From assembly GCA_963845755.1 (NCBI GenBank), contig CAWJTV010000036.1:96001-160000 (forward strand): 64,000 nt of DNA. Reading direction: 5' to 3'. Positions within the stretch are counted from its first letter, which is position 1. Every line of letters begins with the position of its first letter. Shown here in pieces: positions 8,867-27,523 of this stretch. Below the pieces are notes generated by a model, which saw only the letters and a list, made by a program, of their open reading frames with translations, ran no database searches and had not been told where the DNA came from. Source of the stretch: an uncultured Planctomycetota bacterium. GTDB taxonomy: Bacteria > Planctomycetota > Planctomycetia > Isosphaerales > Isosphaeraceae. The position numbers were made by a program, and so were the translations under genes.

Positions 8867-11800
8867 ATGCCGCTGTACTCGGGACGCTATGCTCAGATCC
8901 TCGAGGAAGAACAGGATCCGGAACGATTCATCCGCCGCTTCCTGGCCGTGCTGGAAGCCGACCTGCGTGAGACCGCGCTCCTGGGACTCGCGGCCTGGCA
9001 TCAGGCGAGTCTCCCGAAGGAGCAGTGGCAGGCCGCCTTGCCGAACCTCTTCAAGGCCATCGCCGGCCTGCAGAAGCCCGCGTACGGGCACTGGAACGGC
9101 CTGCTCTATTCGCTCCGGGACGCGTTGAGGCTGGCACAACCGGCGCCGGGTTCCCCGTCGGACGCGAATGCGCCGTGGATGCTGGAAGCGATCCTCGCCT
9201 GGCTCCGGGAGCCGACCGAGCCGCTGGTGGCCGCGGCCCTTCGGGGCATGTCCCAGCCGCTGGGCTACTCGCTGCCGGGTGATCTCAGCCGATGGCACGC
9301 GATCAGCCTGACGGTTTGCCTGCGGAACCGGATCGCGCACGAGCATCCGGTGGACGCCTGGTGGGCGGCCATGGCCCCGGGAGTGATTCGGCTGGCGTCC
9401 AGCCTGGCCGCCCTTCCCCCCTGCCTCGATTCGGGTCGGTTGGTCTATCCGAGCCCGTGGTTCCTCCAGCGCGAGGGCGTCCTTTATGCCTTCGGCGGGA
9501 TCCAGGGGGATGACGTGATCTACGCCGCGCCTGGGCTCGCCGCGGTGCGCCTGCCGGCGACCCAGACAGAGATCGTCCGGGCGTTCCAGCACGCCCTCGG
9601 CCAGGCGGAAATCCAGCAGGCGGCGTTCCGGGAGATGCTCTCGAAGCTGGCCCCCGAGGAGATCCGGGGCGTGTTGCTCGGCGACTTCCTCCTGGGTCCT
9701 CCGGTCGCCCAGGGCGGGTTCGCGGTCGTGCACAAGGGCTATCAGCTCAGCACGCAGCGGAAGGCCGCCCTCAAGGTCTTCCCCGACGCGTTGACGGAGT
9801 CGAAACGCGCGCTCATGCGGAAGGAGGCGACCCATCTGGGGGCGTTCAACACCCCCGAGATCGTCCGCCTGATCGGGCTCTATGAGAACGTCCCCTGGGT
9901 GATGCCGGCTGATATCAGCCTGTCCGCGGAACCCTGGTTCCGGACCTACAAGAAGACGTCGCCCTTCAAGACCTTCCTGGCGATGGAGTGGGTGGACGGC
10001 GAGAAGCTCGATGATCTGTATCGACGGCCCGCCGCCGCGGCGCCGGCGATCCCCGTCCTGGTGGAGTGGTTCGCGACGGCCGCCGAGGCGCTGGCGAAGG
10101 TGCACGCCCATCCCGGCGGCCTGATCCATCGCGACGTCACGCCGAACAACCTGATGGTGACCGTCAACGGGCAGCTCAAGCTGATGGACTTCGGCATCGG
10201 CGCGGAGGAGCCGAGCGGCGCGACCTGGTGACGCGAACCCAGCTCGGCGTGGGCACTCCGGCCTACATGGCACCCGAGCAGCTCGACGAGGTCTGGACCG
10301 ACCGGTCCGACGTGTATGCCCTGTGCGCGACGTTCTACGAGTTGTTCGCAAGAAAGCGGTTGTACGACCACGATCGCTCGGACATGGCTACCGTCAACAA
10401 GAAGAAGCGCGACGGCGATCCACCGGATTCGCCGCGGCGCGGCAATCCCGAGGTCCCCTGGGAGATCGACACCCTGCTCCTGGGCAGCCTTCGGAAGGAA
10501 CCGGAGCTGCGTCCGGCGAGCCGTGAGCTGGCCGATGACCTGCGCCGGGTTCAGGCCAATCAGCCGATCCACTACAAACGGCCGCCATTTCGGCGACGGA
10601 CGGCCTTGTGGTATCGGAGGAACCGCACGGCGGTGAGGGCCGCCCTCGCCGCCTGCGTCCTCCTCGGCGGCCTCTCGACGGTCCTCGGCATGCTCTGGTT
10701 GGGAGAGCAGCGTCGGTCCACCCAGATGACGAGTCAGGTGGGGGGCCTCAAGCAGGCGGTCGATGTGAGCGAGCGGCTGGCCGAGGAGCGATCGAAGGAA
10801 GCGGCGCTGCGCAAGGGGCGCGAGCTTCGCACACGCTACCTGATCGAGGTCAAGGACGCCTACAAGGCCTGGGAGGCGAATCATCCCGATGAGGCGCGAG
10901 TGCTGCTCGACCGGCTGGTGCCCGCGAACACCGGGGGGCCCGACCTGAGGGAGGTCGAGTGGTATTACCTCGACTATGTGCTGAGCGCCACCAGCCGCGA
11001 GCTGAATTTTGGTGGCCAGGTGCACGCCGTCCGCTTCAGCCCCGACGGGAAACGTCTCGCCGCATTGGGGATTGCCGACGACGACTCTTACTGCGTCAAT
11101 CTCTGGGAGTCTCCCGGGTTCAGGCACGAGCGAACGCTGGTGCTCGAGCCCAAGGCGACCTCCGGGAACATTTCGCCAGTGCGCAGTGCGCTCGTCGGCC
11201 CGGAAAACCTGGCCTTTAGCCAGAAGGGATCGCTGCTGGCGGTCACGTATGGATTCCGGCAGAAGACCCGAATCGACGGCATCGTCAAGGTCTGGGAATG
11301 CGACACCGGCAGACAGGTCTTTTCTGCCTCCGACGCCGGTATCGCGGGTGGGGCGGTGCTCTTCAGCCCGGACGGCCGGTACCTGATCGCCGGCGGATAC
11401 AACAACGCGGCCCTGGTCTGGGATCTCCCGGGCGGAAGCCTGCGATGGACCCTGCCGGGCTACGACTCGAGCGGAGTCGTCGGTACGCCTTCGGCCGTTG
11501 CGCACAAGATCGCGCGCCCCGTATTGAACTCGGCAGTCGGGCTCGAGGCTGACGTACGATTGATGCCCTCGGTGAAAGACGTCAGTGAGATCCCGAGACA
11601 GGGCAAAGACCTGCTCATCGTGGCTGAGGTGGATCACGTGCTGCATTTCCGCATATTCAACCGCGCTGGCTACCTGGCCGGGAACAATTTTGAGAGCAGG
11701 CTGCCGTACCGAGCCCGGCAAATCGAGGATCTCCGGAAGCAACTTGTGGACTTGTGGCCTCCTCACCAGCTTACCGAAAGCGAAAAGGGCCGGGTCATCA

Positions 11801-13362
11801 CTGCTGTCGCATCAATCCTCCCTGACACTCACGGGCTCCCTGCGGCGGTCAACCATTTGCTATTCAGCCCGGGAAATCGATACCTCGATCGAGATTCCGG
11901 GACGGGCTGCGCACGAACGGGATGGCCTCCGGCCGATCCCCCTGCCTACGACGATGGGAGGCGGGCTAACGGGACCGTAGAGCGCGACACGATCCTGGCC
12001 TACAGCCCGCCCCAGGGTTCATGGGGGCTGTCGAACGATGTGAGACAGGATCGGCTGACGCTGTTCCATGCGGCGGCCTGGAACGGCGGCCGGCCGGCCG
12101 AGGACAAGACGACCGCCTCGCCGGTACGGGACTTGCGAAACGATTTCTCTCTCGGAATCGGTCAGGATCGGATCCAGACCTTGGCGTTCGGTTCGGACCA
12201 TGTGGCGATCGCCGACGCCGCCGGCCAAGTCGCGGCCATCCAGTTCGACGTCAACGGCGGCACGATCCTCGCGCGTTGCGTTCCGAAGGGCCATAAAGGC
12301 GAGGTCCGCTGCCTTGCCTTCAGCCCGGGTGCGGGCCAGTATCTGGTCGCGGCCGGGCCGCGTAGTCTGACCATCTGGAGTCACATCTTCGCCCTGCCGG
12401 GAAACCGGTTGTTCGCCGATGCGCTGAGGTTGAGGAACGCTGCCAACGCGCTTGATAGCCGCGGGGGTACCAATGGCCGATGGGAATACCGCCTGCTCCC
12501 GGCGCATCCAGGGAGAGGGAGATTCCAGGCGATCGTCGAAATCGATGACCGGGCCTCCCGGCCTGGTCCGCCCCGGAAAGTGGTCACCCCGTTCACGAGC
12601 GCCTTCGCGATCGCCCTGAGTCTCGACGGTACTCGCCTTGCGATCACGAACAACGAGCGGACCACCCGCGCAAAGGCGCCACCGAACCCGGCGCTCGATA
12701 ACATAGAGGGCGCCCGCAGAGAGCCCCCCGACGGACACAATATCTGGATCCTGGACGCCATGTCGGGCGAGCCCTTGCACGTGCTAACCGTGCCCCACGC
12801 TCGGGTGACTCTGAGCCTGGTGTTCGACCGCGACGGAAAGACCTTGCTATCGTCTTCCACCGACAATCAGATCCGGCTGTGGGACGTCGATACCGGCAAT
12901 CTCTTGCGGCAGATGGACTCCAAAGGCGGATTTCGCGAACGGCCGGAGTTAAGCCCCAATGGCCGATGGATCGCCGTCGGTTCCGTCGGAGGCGCCATCA
13001 GTGTCTGGGAAACCGCGACCGCAAAGGCCGTGGCGCATTTTGAAGGCGAACCCGAGCGCTGCATATGGGCATTCCACGACAACCTGCTGGCCGTGCCGGA
13101 GCGAGGGCGGCAGATCAAGGTCTGGGACCTCGAGAAAGGCGCGTTTGTCCAGGAGATGAATGACCTCGGCCGCAAGATCCAGGACCTCGCGTTCCTCGCA
13201 GACGGAAAGCGGCTGGTTTCGTCCAGCGAGGGCACGATGACGCTGTGGACGCTCGAAACGGAAAGTGAGATTTGCTCGATTCCCGTGCCATCCTATATCA
13301 ACGGGCAATGGCCCAAAATCGTGGAGGTGCTCGAGAAGTTGAAGCGGCCGCCGCAACAGTGA
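8867..13362 (+). CDS. HEPN-like domain - Ser/Thr kinase - hydrophobic helix - WD40 protein (no. 1); frameshift near 10215
   Basis: ORFs 8867..10231 and 10066..13362 join: LEADLR...LRNRIAH; AQGGFAVV, AALK, HRDVTPNN, DFG / GTPAYMAPEQ; AALAACVLLGGLSTVLGMLWL; WD40 blades (VRFSPDG, VKVWEC, IRLWDV). Confidence 0.85.
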
Positions 13363-13394
13363 GGGCGGACGTTGCAACCCGCCACCACCACGTG

Positions 13395-13658
13395 ACCACG
13401 GGCGTGAGCCCGTGGTTCGGATGGGGAACCTCCAGCCTCGCACGACAGTGCGATCCGCGCAGCCGCTCGGATCGGGCTGACGCCCGAGCTTGGAGGGTTT
13501 CACCCACCCGACGAAAGTCCGATGCCGCTCTCGGGCCGTTTCTGATCCCACTTCGGAAGCGAGCGTCGCAGTCGCTTGCGAGGACGGCATGCTGTGCGTA
13601 TCGTGATATGACGAGGACCGGCAATCGGCCGGTTGCAGGGACGGAGCACGTCCCTACT
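13395..13658. repeat. Cluster of short REP-like hairpins in an intergenic region
   Basis: ACCACGGGCGTGAGCCCGTGGT hairpin near 13395; AGGGACG-GAGCA-CGTCCCTAC hairpin near 13637-13657 (GTAG end on the minus strand). Confidence 0.5.
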
Positions 13659-13714
13659 GGCGAAGTTCACTCGGGAATGATAGCGAGGTTCGCCGAGTGT
13701 CGGGAGCGGCGGAC

Positions 13715-18057
<4,343 letters not shown>

Positions 18058-18170
18058 CTCGATCCATATCAATAGTCTACACTCAGTCAACGATGGACGT
18101 GTGAAGGTGATCAGTCGATGACAAGCCCTCTGAAGGAATCCTCGCAGCAGGAAAAGCGGAGGCGCGCTGA

Positions 18171-18360
18171 GCGGCCTGACGGGCCGCGGGAGCCCAGCCC
18201 GGGGTGAAACCCCGGGAGTAGAGCGGCCACCTCCAGCCTCTGGCGGCCTGAAGGGCCGCAGGAAGCGTCTCCCGCACCCTTGCAGGGTGCACCGCAAGGG
18301 TCCTAACCGAGGTTCCCGGGGTTTCACCCCGGGCTGGGCTCCCGCGGCCCTTTGGGCCGC
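18171..18360. repeat. Palindromic REP/MITE-like element with 47-bp terminal inverted repeats
   Basis: 18171-18217 GCGGCCTGACGGGCCGCGGGAGCCCAGCCCGGGGTGAAACCCCGGGA matches the reverse complement of 18314-18360 with 3 mismatches; internal hairpins are also present. Confidence 0.9.
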
Positions 18361-18486
18361 ATGTCACCGCGATCCCGATCCAGGAGCCCCGGCCTGAGGG
18401 AAAGTGTCGTTCGAGAGACGAAAACTCCTTCGGTTGTCGAGTTCGCGACGATCGTGACGTCCGTCAGAGGTTCGGGAGCCGTACGC

Positions 18487-22901
<4,415 letters not shown>

Positions 22902-23011
22902 GCAGCGGCTCTGGGTTCCGTCGGGAGGGTGACACTCCGTCCGGGACAGCCTCGCTACCGGGGCTCGGACGGAGCCTTGCCCTCGCGGAGACCGCAGCCT
23001 TGTCGGGCAAG

Positions 23012-25267
23012 CTATGAAACGCCGCCGAACCTCACGAAGATCTCCTCAATCTCCTCAGCCGTGAGTAGCGTCCCCGATTGGGGCGAATCGACGATGGTGA
23101 ACCCGTGGGCGCGGCCGTCGTACCAGGGGTCGGCGTTGTCGTAGCCGGCGCGGAGGGGTTTGGGCACGCCGGTGGCCGGGTCGGTGACGCGGTCGTCGTC
23201 ACCGTAGACCTGCCGGCGACGGTCCGATTCGGCCCGGTCGAGGAGGGCCGCCAGGCCGCGGAGCGAGGCTCCGCTGTCGGGCGATACCGAGAGGATGCAA
23301 CGACGGGGGTCGCGCGGCGACTCGGAGATGAACACCGAGAGGCCCAGGAATCCCTCGCCGCCCGGCGATCGCTCCCGATCGCTCCGGGCCCAGTCCTTGA
23401 AGAACATGCAGCGCTCGGGATCATCCAGGTTCTGGACGTCGCGGACCAGGAGTGCGTCCAACTCCACGCGTCCGCCAAATTGCCCCGGGAAGCTCAGCCG
23501 CGCTTGATGCGCGTGGGACGACGGGTCGGCCAGCTTGCGGCGATAGCGGTTGACGTCGGCCAGGACGTCTTGCCGGTCCTGTTCGTCGAACAGGCCGGGG
23601 CAGGCGAAGGCGTCGATCGACGGCAAGGCCCGCCCATCGTGCCGACTCCGTTCCAGGATGAACGCGACCAGATCCAGCCCTTGCTGGACACACTCTCTCC
23701 AGTACGCGTGATCGGCCGGCCGGCCCAGGCGTCCGTGGCGATTGAGCAACTGCATGTAAGCCGCGTAAGGCGCGAACGGGTTGCTCAAGGAGTGGCCGAT
23801 CGAGCCCTCGTCGATCTTGTCGGCATAACGGGCCAGGGCCTCGGTGCCCAGGGGGAATTCGCCGGTCGTGAGGACGGTGACCGCCAGATAGGCCGAGGCG
23901 ACCGAATCGAAGTCGGGCGACTCGTGAAGCACGATGGTGAACGGTGCGGTCGGGTCGAGCTGGGGTTGCACCGCGCCCAGTACAAGCTCGGGGTTCGAGC
24001 TGACGAGCTGGGTCGTCGAGCCTTCGTAGGCTTCCAGGTGATGGTGGTCGAGCACGCCGGGCCGGAGGTCGTTGCCGACGTCCAGGAACAACCGGCCCGG
24101 GGCCGGCCCCCCCTTCGGCGCCGAGGAGCCGGGGCCGACAAAAACGAAGCGGATCGCATCGCGGCGGACGAGCGGCAAGGTCGTGGGCATGGTGGTGACC
24201 TTTCTCCGGCGCGGCGGACCGGACGGCGCGGCTCCCGGCCGACCCTCCAGGTAGGCATCGAGGTCCGCGGCGAATTCGGCCATGCCCGCGTACCGGTCTT
24301 CGGGCTCGCGGGCGCACGCCCTGAGAGTGATGGCTCGCAGGGCCGGGTCGACCTCGAGCGGAGCGGGCGAGGACGAATCGAGAATGGGGGTGTCTTCGTC
24401 GGGATCGGCCGGGGCGGTTGGACCGGGGGTCGCCGTCGGTGTCCCGCGTTTGAGCAGGTTGACGAGCACACAACCGAGAGCGTAGATGTCGCACTTCGGA
24501 CCGATCTTTTCCGGGTCGCCGAAGAGCTGTTCGGGCGCCATGTAACGAACGGTGCCGGGCCGGACGTTGGTCGAGCTCAGTCGCGTCGCCTCATCGTCCA
24601 GCCGGAGCGCCAGTCCGAAGTCGATGACGACCGGGGTACCGTCGGGCGTGATGACGATGTTCGAGGGCTTCAGGTCGCGATGCACCACGTTCTCGCCGTG
24701 GGCCGCCGCCATGGCGATGGCCACGTCCCGGACGATGGCCGCGCTCTGCCAGGCATTGAGGTTCGTGACTTCCGACAGCGGCGTCCCCGGGACATACCGC
24801 ATCACCAGGTAGTGTGTGCTGGCGACCTGGCCGAGATCGATCACCCAGGCCAGCCCGGGGTGAACCAGCCGCGCGGCATAGCGGGCCTCGCGGCGGAATC
24901 GCTCCATGAGCCGAGGCTTGGCGAGGAAGTCTCGGCGGGGGATCTTCACAGCGACGTGGATCTCCAGCTTGAGGTCTCGGGCGAGAAAGACCATTCCCAT
25001 GCCGCCCCCGCCCAGATACTCCAGAAGCCGATACCGGCCGAACTCCTGAGGAAAAGGGCCCTTCGGATTCGGCATGAGGTCGGACCCGCTGGAGGATCCC
25101 GGATCGCCGATATCCCGCTCAGGGTCGGTGGTCGGGTCCGACATCACTGGCGAGGAAACCGAGGTCGGTTCATCCGGATTGGCCGACGGGCCGATAGGGC
25201 TCGATGATGGAGGTTCCGGCGTTGGCAAGGTGGGCTCGAGACCGTCCACGGAAGGCCCTCCAAACAA
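23012..25267 (-). CDS. Ser/Thr kinase fused to a C-terminal DHH/MYG1-like putative phosphoesterase domain (start uncertain)
   Basis: 751-aa ORF; LGGGGMG, VAVK, HRDLKPSN, DFG, YMAPE; C-terminal FLDVGN...VLDHHH, VLHESPDFDSVAS, DKIDEG, WYDGR. Confidence 0.8.
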   Translation of the reverse strand: MFGGPSVDGLEPTLPTPEPPSSSPIGPSANPDEPTSVSSPVMSDPTTDPERDIGDPGSSSGSDLMPNPKGPFPQEFGRYRLLEYLGGGGMGMVFLARDLKLEIHVAVKIPRRDFLAKPRLMERFRREARYAARLVHPGLAWVIDLGQVASTHYLVMRYVPGTPLSEVTNLNAWQSAAIVRDVAIAMAAAHGENVVHRDLKPSNIVITPDGTPVVIDFGLALRLDDEATRLSSTNVRPGTVRYMAPEQLFGDPEKIGPKCDIYALGCVLVNLLKRGTPTATPGPTAPADPDEDTPILDSSSPAPLEVDPALRAITLRACAREPEDRYAGMAEFAADLDAYLEGRPGAAPSGPPRRRKVTTMPTTLPLVRRDAIRFVFVGPGSSAPKGGPAPGRLFLDVGNDLRPGVLDHHHLEAYEGSTTQLVSSNPELVLGAVQPQLDPTAPFTIVLHESPDFDSVASAYLAVTVLTTGEFPLGTEALARYADKIDEGSIGHSLSNPFAPYAAYMQLLNRHGRLGRPADHAYWRECVQQGLDLVAFILERSRHDGRALPSIDAFACPGLFDEQDRQDVLADVNRYRRKLADPSSHAHQARLSFPGQFGGRVELDALLVRDVQNLDDPERCMFFKDWARSDRERSPGGEGFLGLSVFISESPRDPRRCILSVSPDSGASLRGLAALLDRAESDRRRQVYGDDDRVTDPATGVPKPLRAGYDNADPWYDGRAHGFTIVDSPQSGTLLTAEEIEEIFVRFGGVS

Positions 25268-25309
25268 GCCGATGAAGTCCTCAGGAGACGCGTGCCGGAC
25301 GAAGATCGC

Positions 25310-25410
25310 AATAATCTATGAAAAATTGTTAGATTCGCTCAATAATTGATATTGTTTATATATAATTATAATAATATATTTGCATTTTATTGACGCCAAT
25401 GCAACTAGTG
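25310..25410. promoter_or_regulatory. Very AT-rich intergenic patch upstream of the kinase-DHH gene; probable promoter or regulatory region
   Basis: ATAATTGATATTGTTTATATATAATTATAATAATATATTTGCATTTTATTG within an otherwise GC-rich window. Confidence 0.45.
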
Positions 25411-25627
25411 TACGATTGCTCCACCTGTTATTCCACCTGTTATCAGGAGCACGGCTCTCGATCGATTCACGCCCGGATCGTGCCCGCGCCACACGAGCAA
25501 AGTGGTGTGCGCCACTCATTCGTGAAGCGATCTGGCCCGACAGACATTTTATGAGGAATCCCTCCCGGTCTCAACCGTCAGGGAACGCGGGTCGCTCCAG
25601 ACCACAGGCCGAGCACGGCCGTCGGTG

Positions 25628-27515
25628 TCAGGAGGTCTCGCCCACCACGTCCCAGACCGGTTGTTCGCCGAGTTCTTCCAGGCCCTTGGGCAAGATGGTG
25701 CGAGGCGAGTCGTCGCGGTATCGGAACCGGCCTCGCACTTCGTCGTGCGTCCGCCGGCTGATGCAGGGGATACCCGGCTGGGCCTCGCTCTCCAGGCGAG
25801 CTCCCAGATTGACGGTCGTCCCGATCGCGGTGTAATCCATCAGATCGTAGGTGCCGACGTTCCCCAGCACGGCGTCGCCCGTGCTGATGCCGATCCGGAT
25901 GGCGAAGGGACGCAGGCCGAGGATCGTGCGCGGCTCGTTGAAGTCCGCCATCTCCCGGCAGAGATCCAGGCCGGCCGAGACGGCGCACGCGCTGCGTGAT
26001 GATGTCCGCGGAACATCGCCATGAAGCCGTCGCCGCGGAAGACGCTCACCAGGGCGTCGTGCCGGCGGAGCGTGGCGACCATGTCGGACATCATTTGATT
26101 GAGGGTCATCATGACCACCTCGGGCGGATTGTCGAGGGCATAGGACGTCGAGCCCTTGAGGTCGAGGAACAGCACCGTGAGCGGCTCGGTCGTCCCGGCG
26201 ATGAGCGAGTCGGTCTCCTCCGGCATGCCGCGGCCCCGGACACGGCGGAAGATCCGGGCGGAATACGCGTCGCCATTGACGACCTTCAGCTCCTCGCCGA
26301 TCTGCCGGACCAGATGGGCGCGGCGGCAGGATTCGGCCAGGTCCAGGGCCGAGAGGTACTCACGCGTGGTCAGCGGCCGTGGCTCGCCGGAGGCACGGGA
26401 CAGCCGCGCGATCTCCCACTGCGTCAGGGCCTGCTCGGCCTGTTCTCGCGTCCGGGTGAAATGGTCGAGTGCGGCACGGAGCTTCTGCTTGGCCTCGTCG
26501 TACCGGCCCTGCTGACGGCGGATCATCCCCCAGGATCGGTTGACGTGGGCCAGCCCTTCCGCGAACTCGACCCGACGAAAGAGGTCCTCGGCCTGCTGGG
26601 CCACGGCCTCGGCGGCCTCGACTTGATCGGTCGCCAGGTGGAGCAGGGCGCGATCCTTGCGGGCATAGCCTTCGCTGACGGCCCAACGCCCGGTCGAGGC
26701 GCGAATGCTCGCGTCGAGCCAGCCGGTCGCATCCTCCCAATGCCCGCGCGCTTCGCTCGCTCGGGCGGCCGCGGCGGCGCGGTTGCCACGCTCCAGCGCG
26801 ATCCGCCCGAGACTGTTCTGCATCAGCGCCTCGCCCCATCCGTCGCGCGTGTTCTGCGCGATGGCCAGGTCTTCCAGGAAGCACTTCTCGGCTTGATCCA
26901 GATATCCCCAGTCGAGATGAAGCCGGCCGAGGTTGCCGTAGCTGACCGCCAGGCCGGCCTGATCATCCCATGCCTTCTTGCGCCGATCGCTTGCCGGAAG
27001 AACTCCTCGGCGGCGTGAAAGTTGTCCCGGGCGGCGTAGACCATGCCGAACGTGTCGAGGATCCGCCCGGTGCCGTAATGGTCCCCGCCCAGCAGCCGGA
27101 GCGACTCGCGCAATTCGCGCAGGGCGCCGTCCAGGTCGCTCTTGTGGAACGCGTTGGCCCCGCGAATGTGGGCCACGGCGGCCCGAAGCAGGGTGCTCTC
27201 CGGCTCCGGATCGACCGAATCGAGCAACCGCTCGGCCTCTTCGAACTGCCGCTGACGCATCGCGAGGAACGCCTGGATAAATCGTCTCCATCTCTGGGCC
27301 GCGGGACTCTCGTCGGCATCTTGCAGCAGCGTCTGCGCCGCGTCGTACGCGCCGCGTTCGGCGGCCATCCAGCCGGCGAAGAACGCCAGATCATTCCTGC
27401 GCCCGGCGTCGGACGTCGCGGCGATTTCTTCCCTCAGCTTCTGCAAGCCCATCTCCCAGCCGTACTGGCGGAGCAGGGACAGGACTTTGTCGCCGGTCTC
27501 CGGTTGATTGATCAT
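25628..27515 (-). CDS. TPR-repeat class III adenylate/guanylate cyclase domain protein; frameshifts near 26980 and 25985
   Basis: MINQPETGDKVLSLL...; TPR-like helices (LAVSYGNLGRLHLDWG); LTVLFLDLKGST, FRGDG, RIGISTG, DYTAIGTTVNLGARLE. Confidence 0.85.
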
Positions 27516-27523
27516 GAGTGCTT

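Noticed and set aside
11461..11829. Intein in kinase 1
   Set aside because: No N-terminal Cys/Ser block or C-terminal His-Asn followed by Cys/Ser/Thr.
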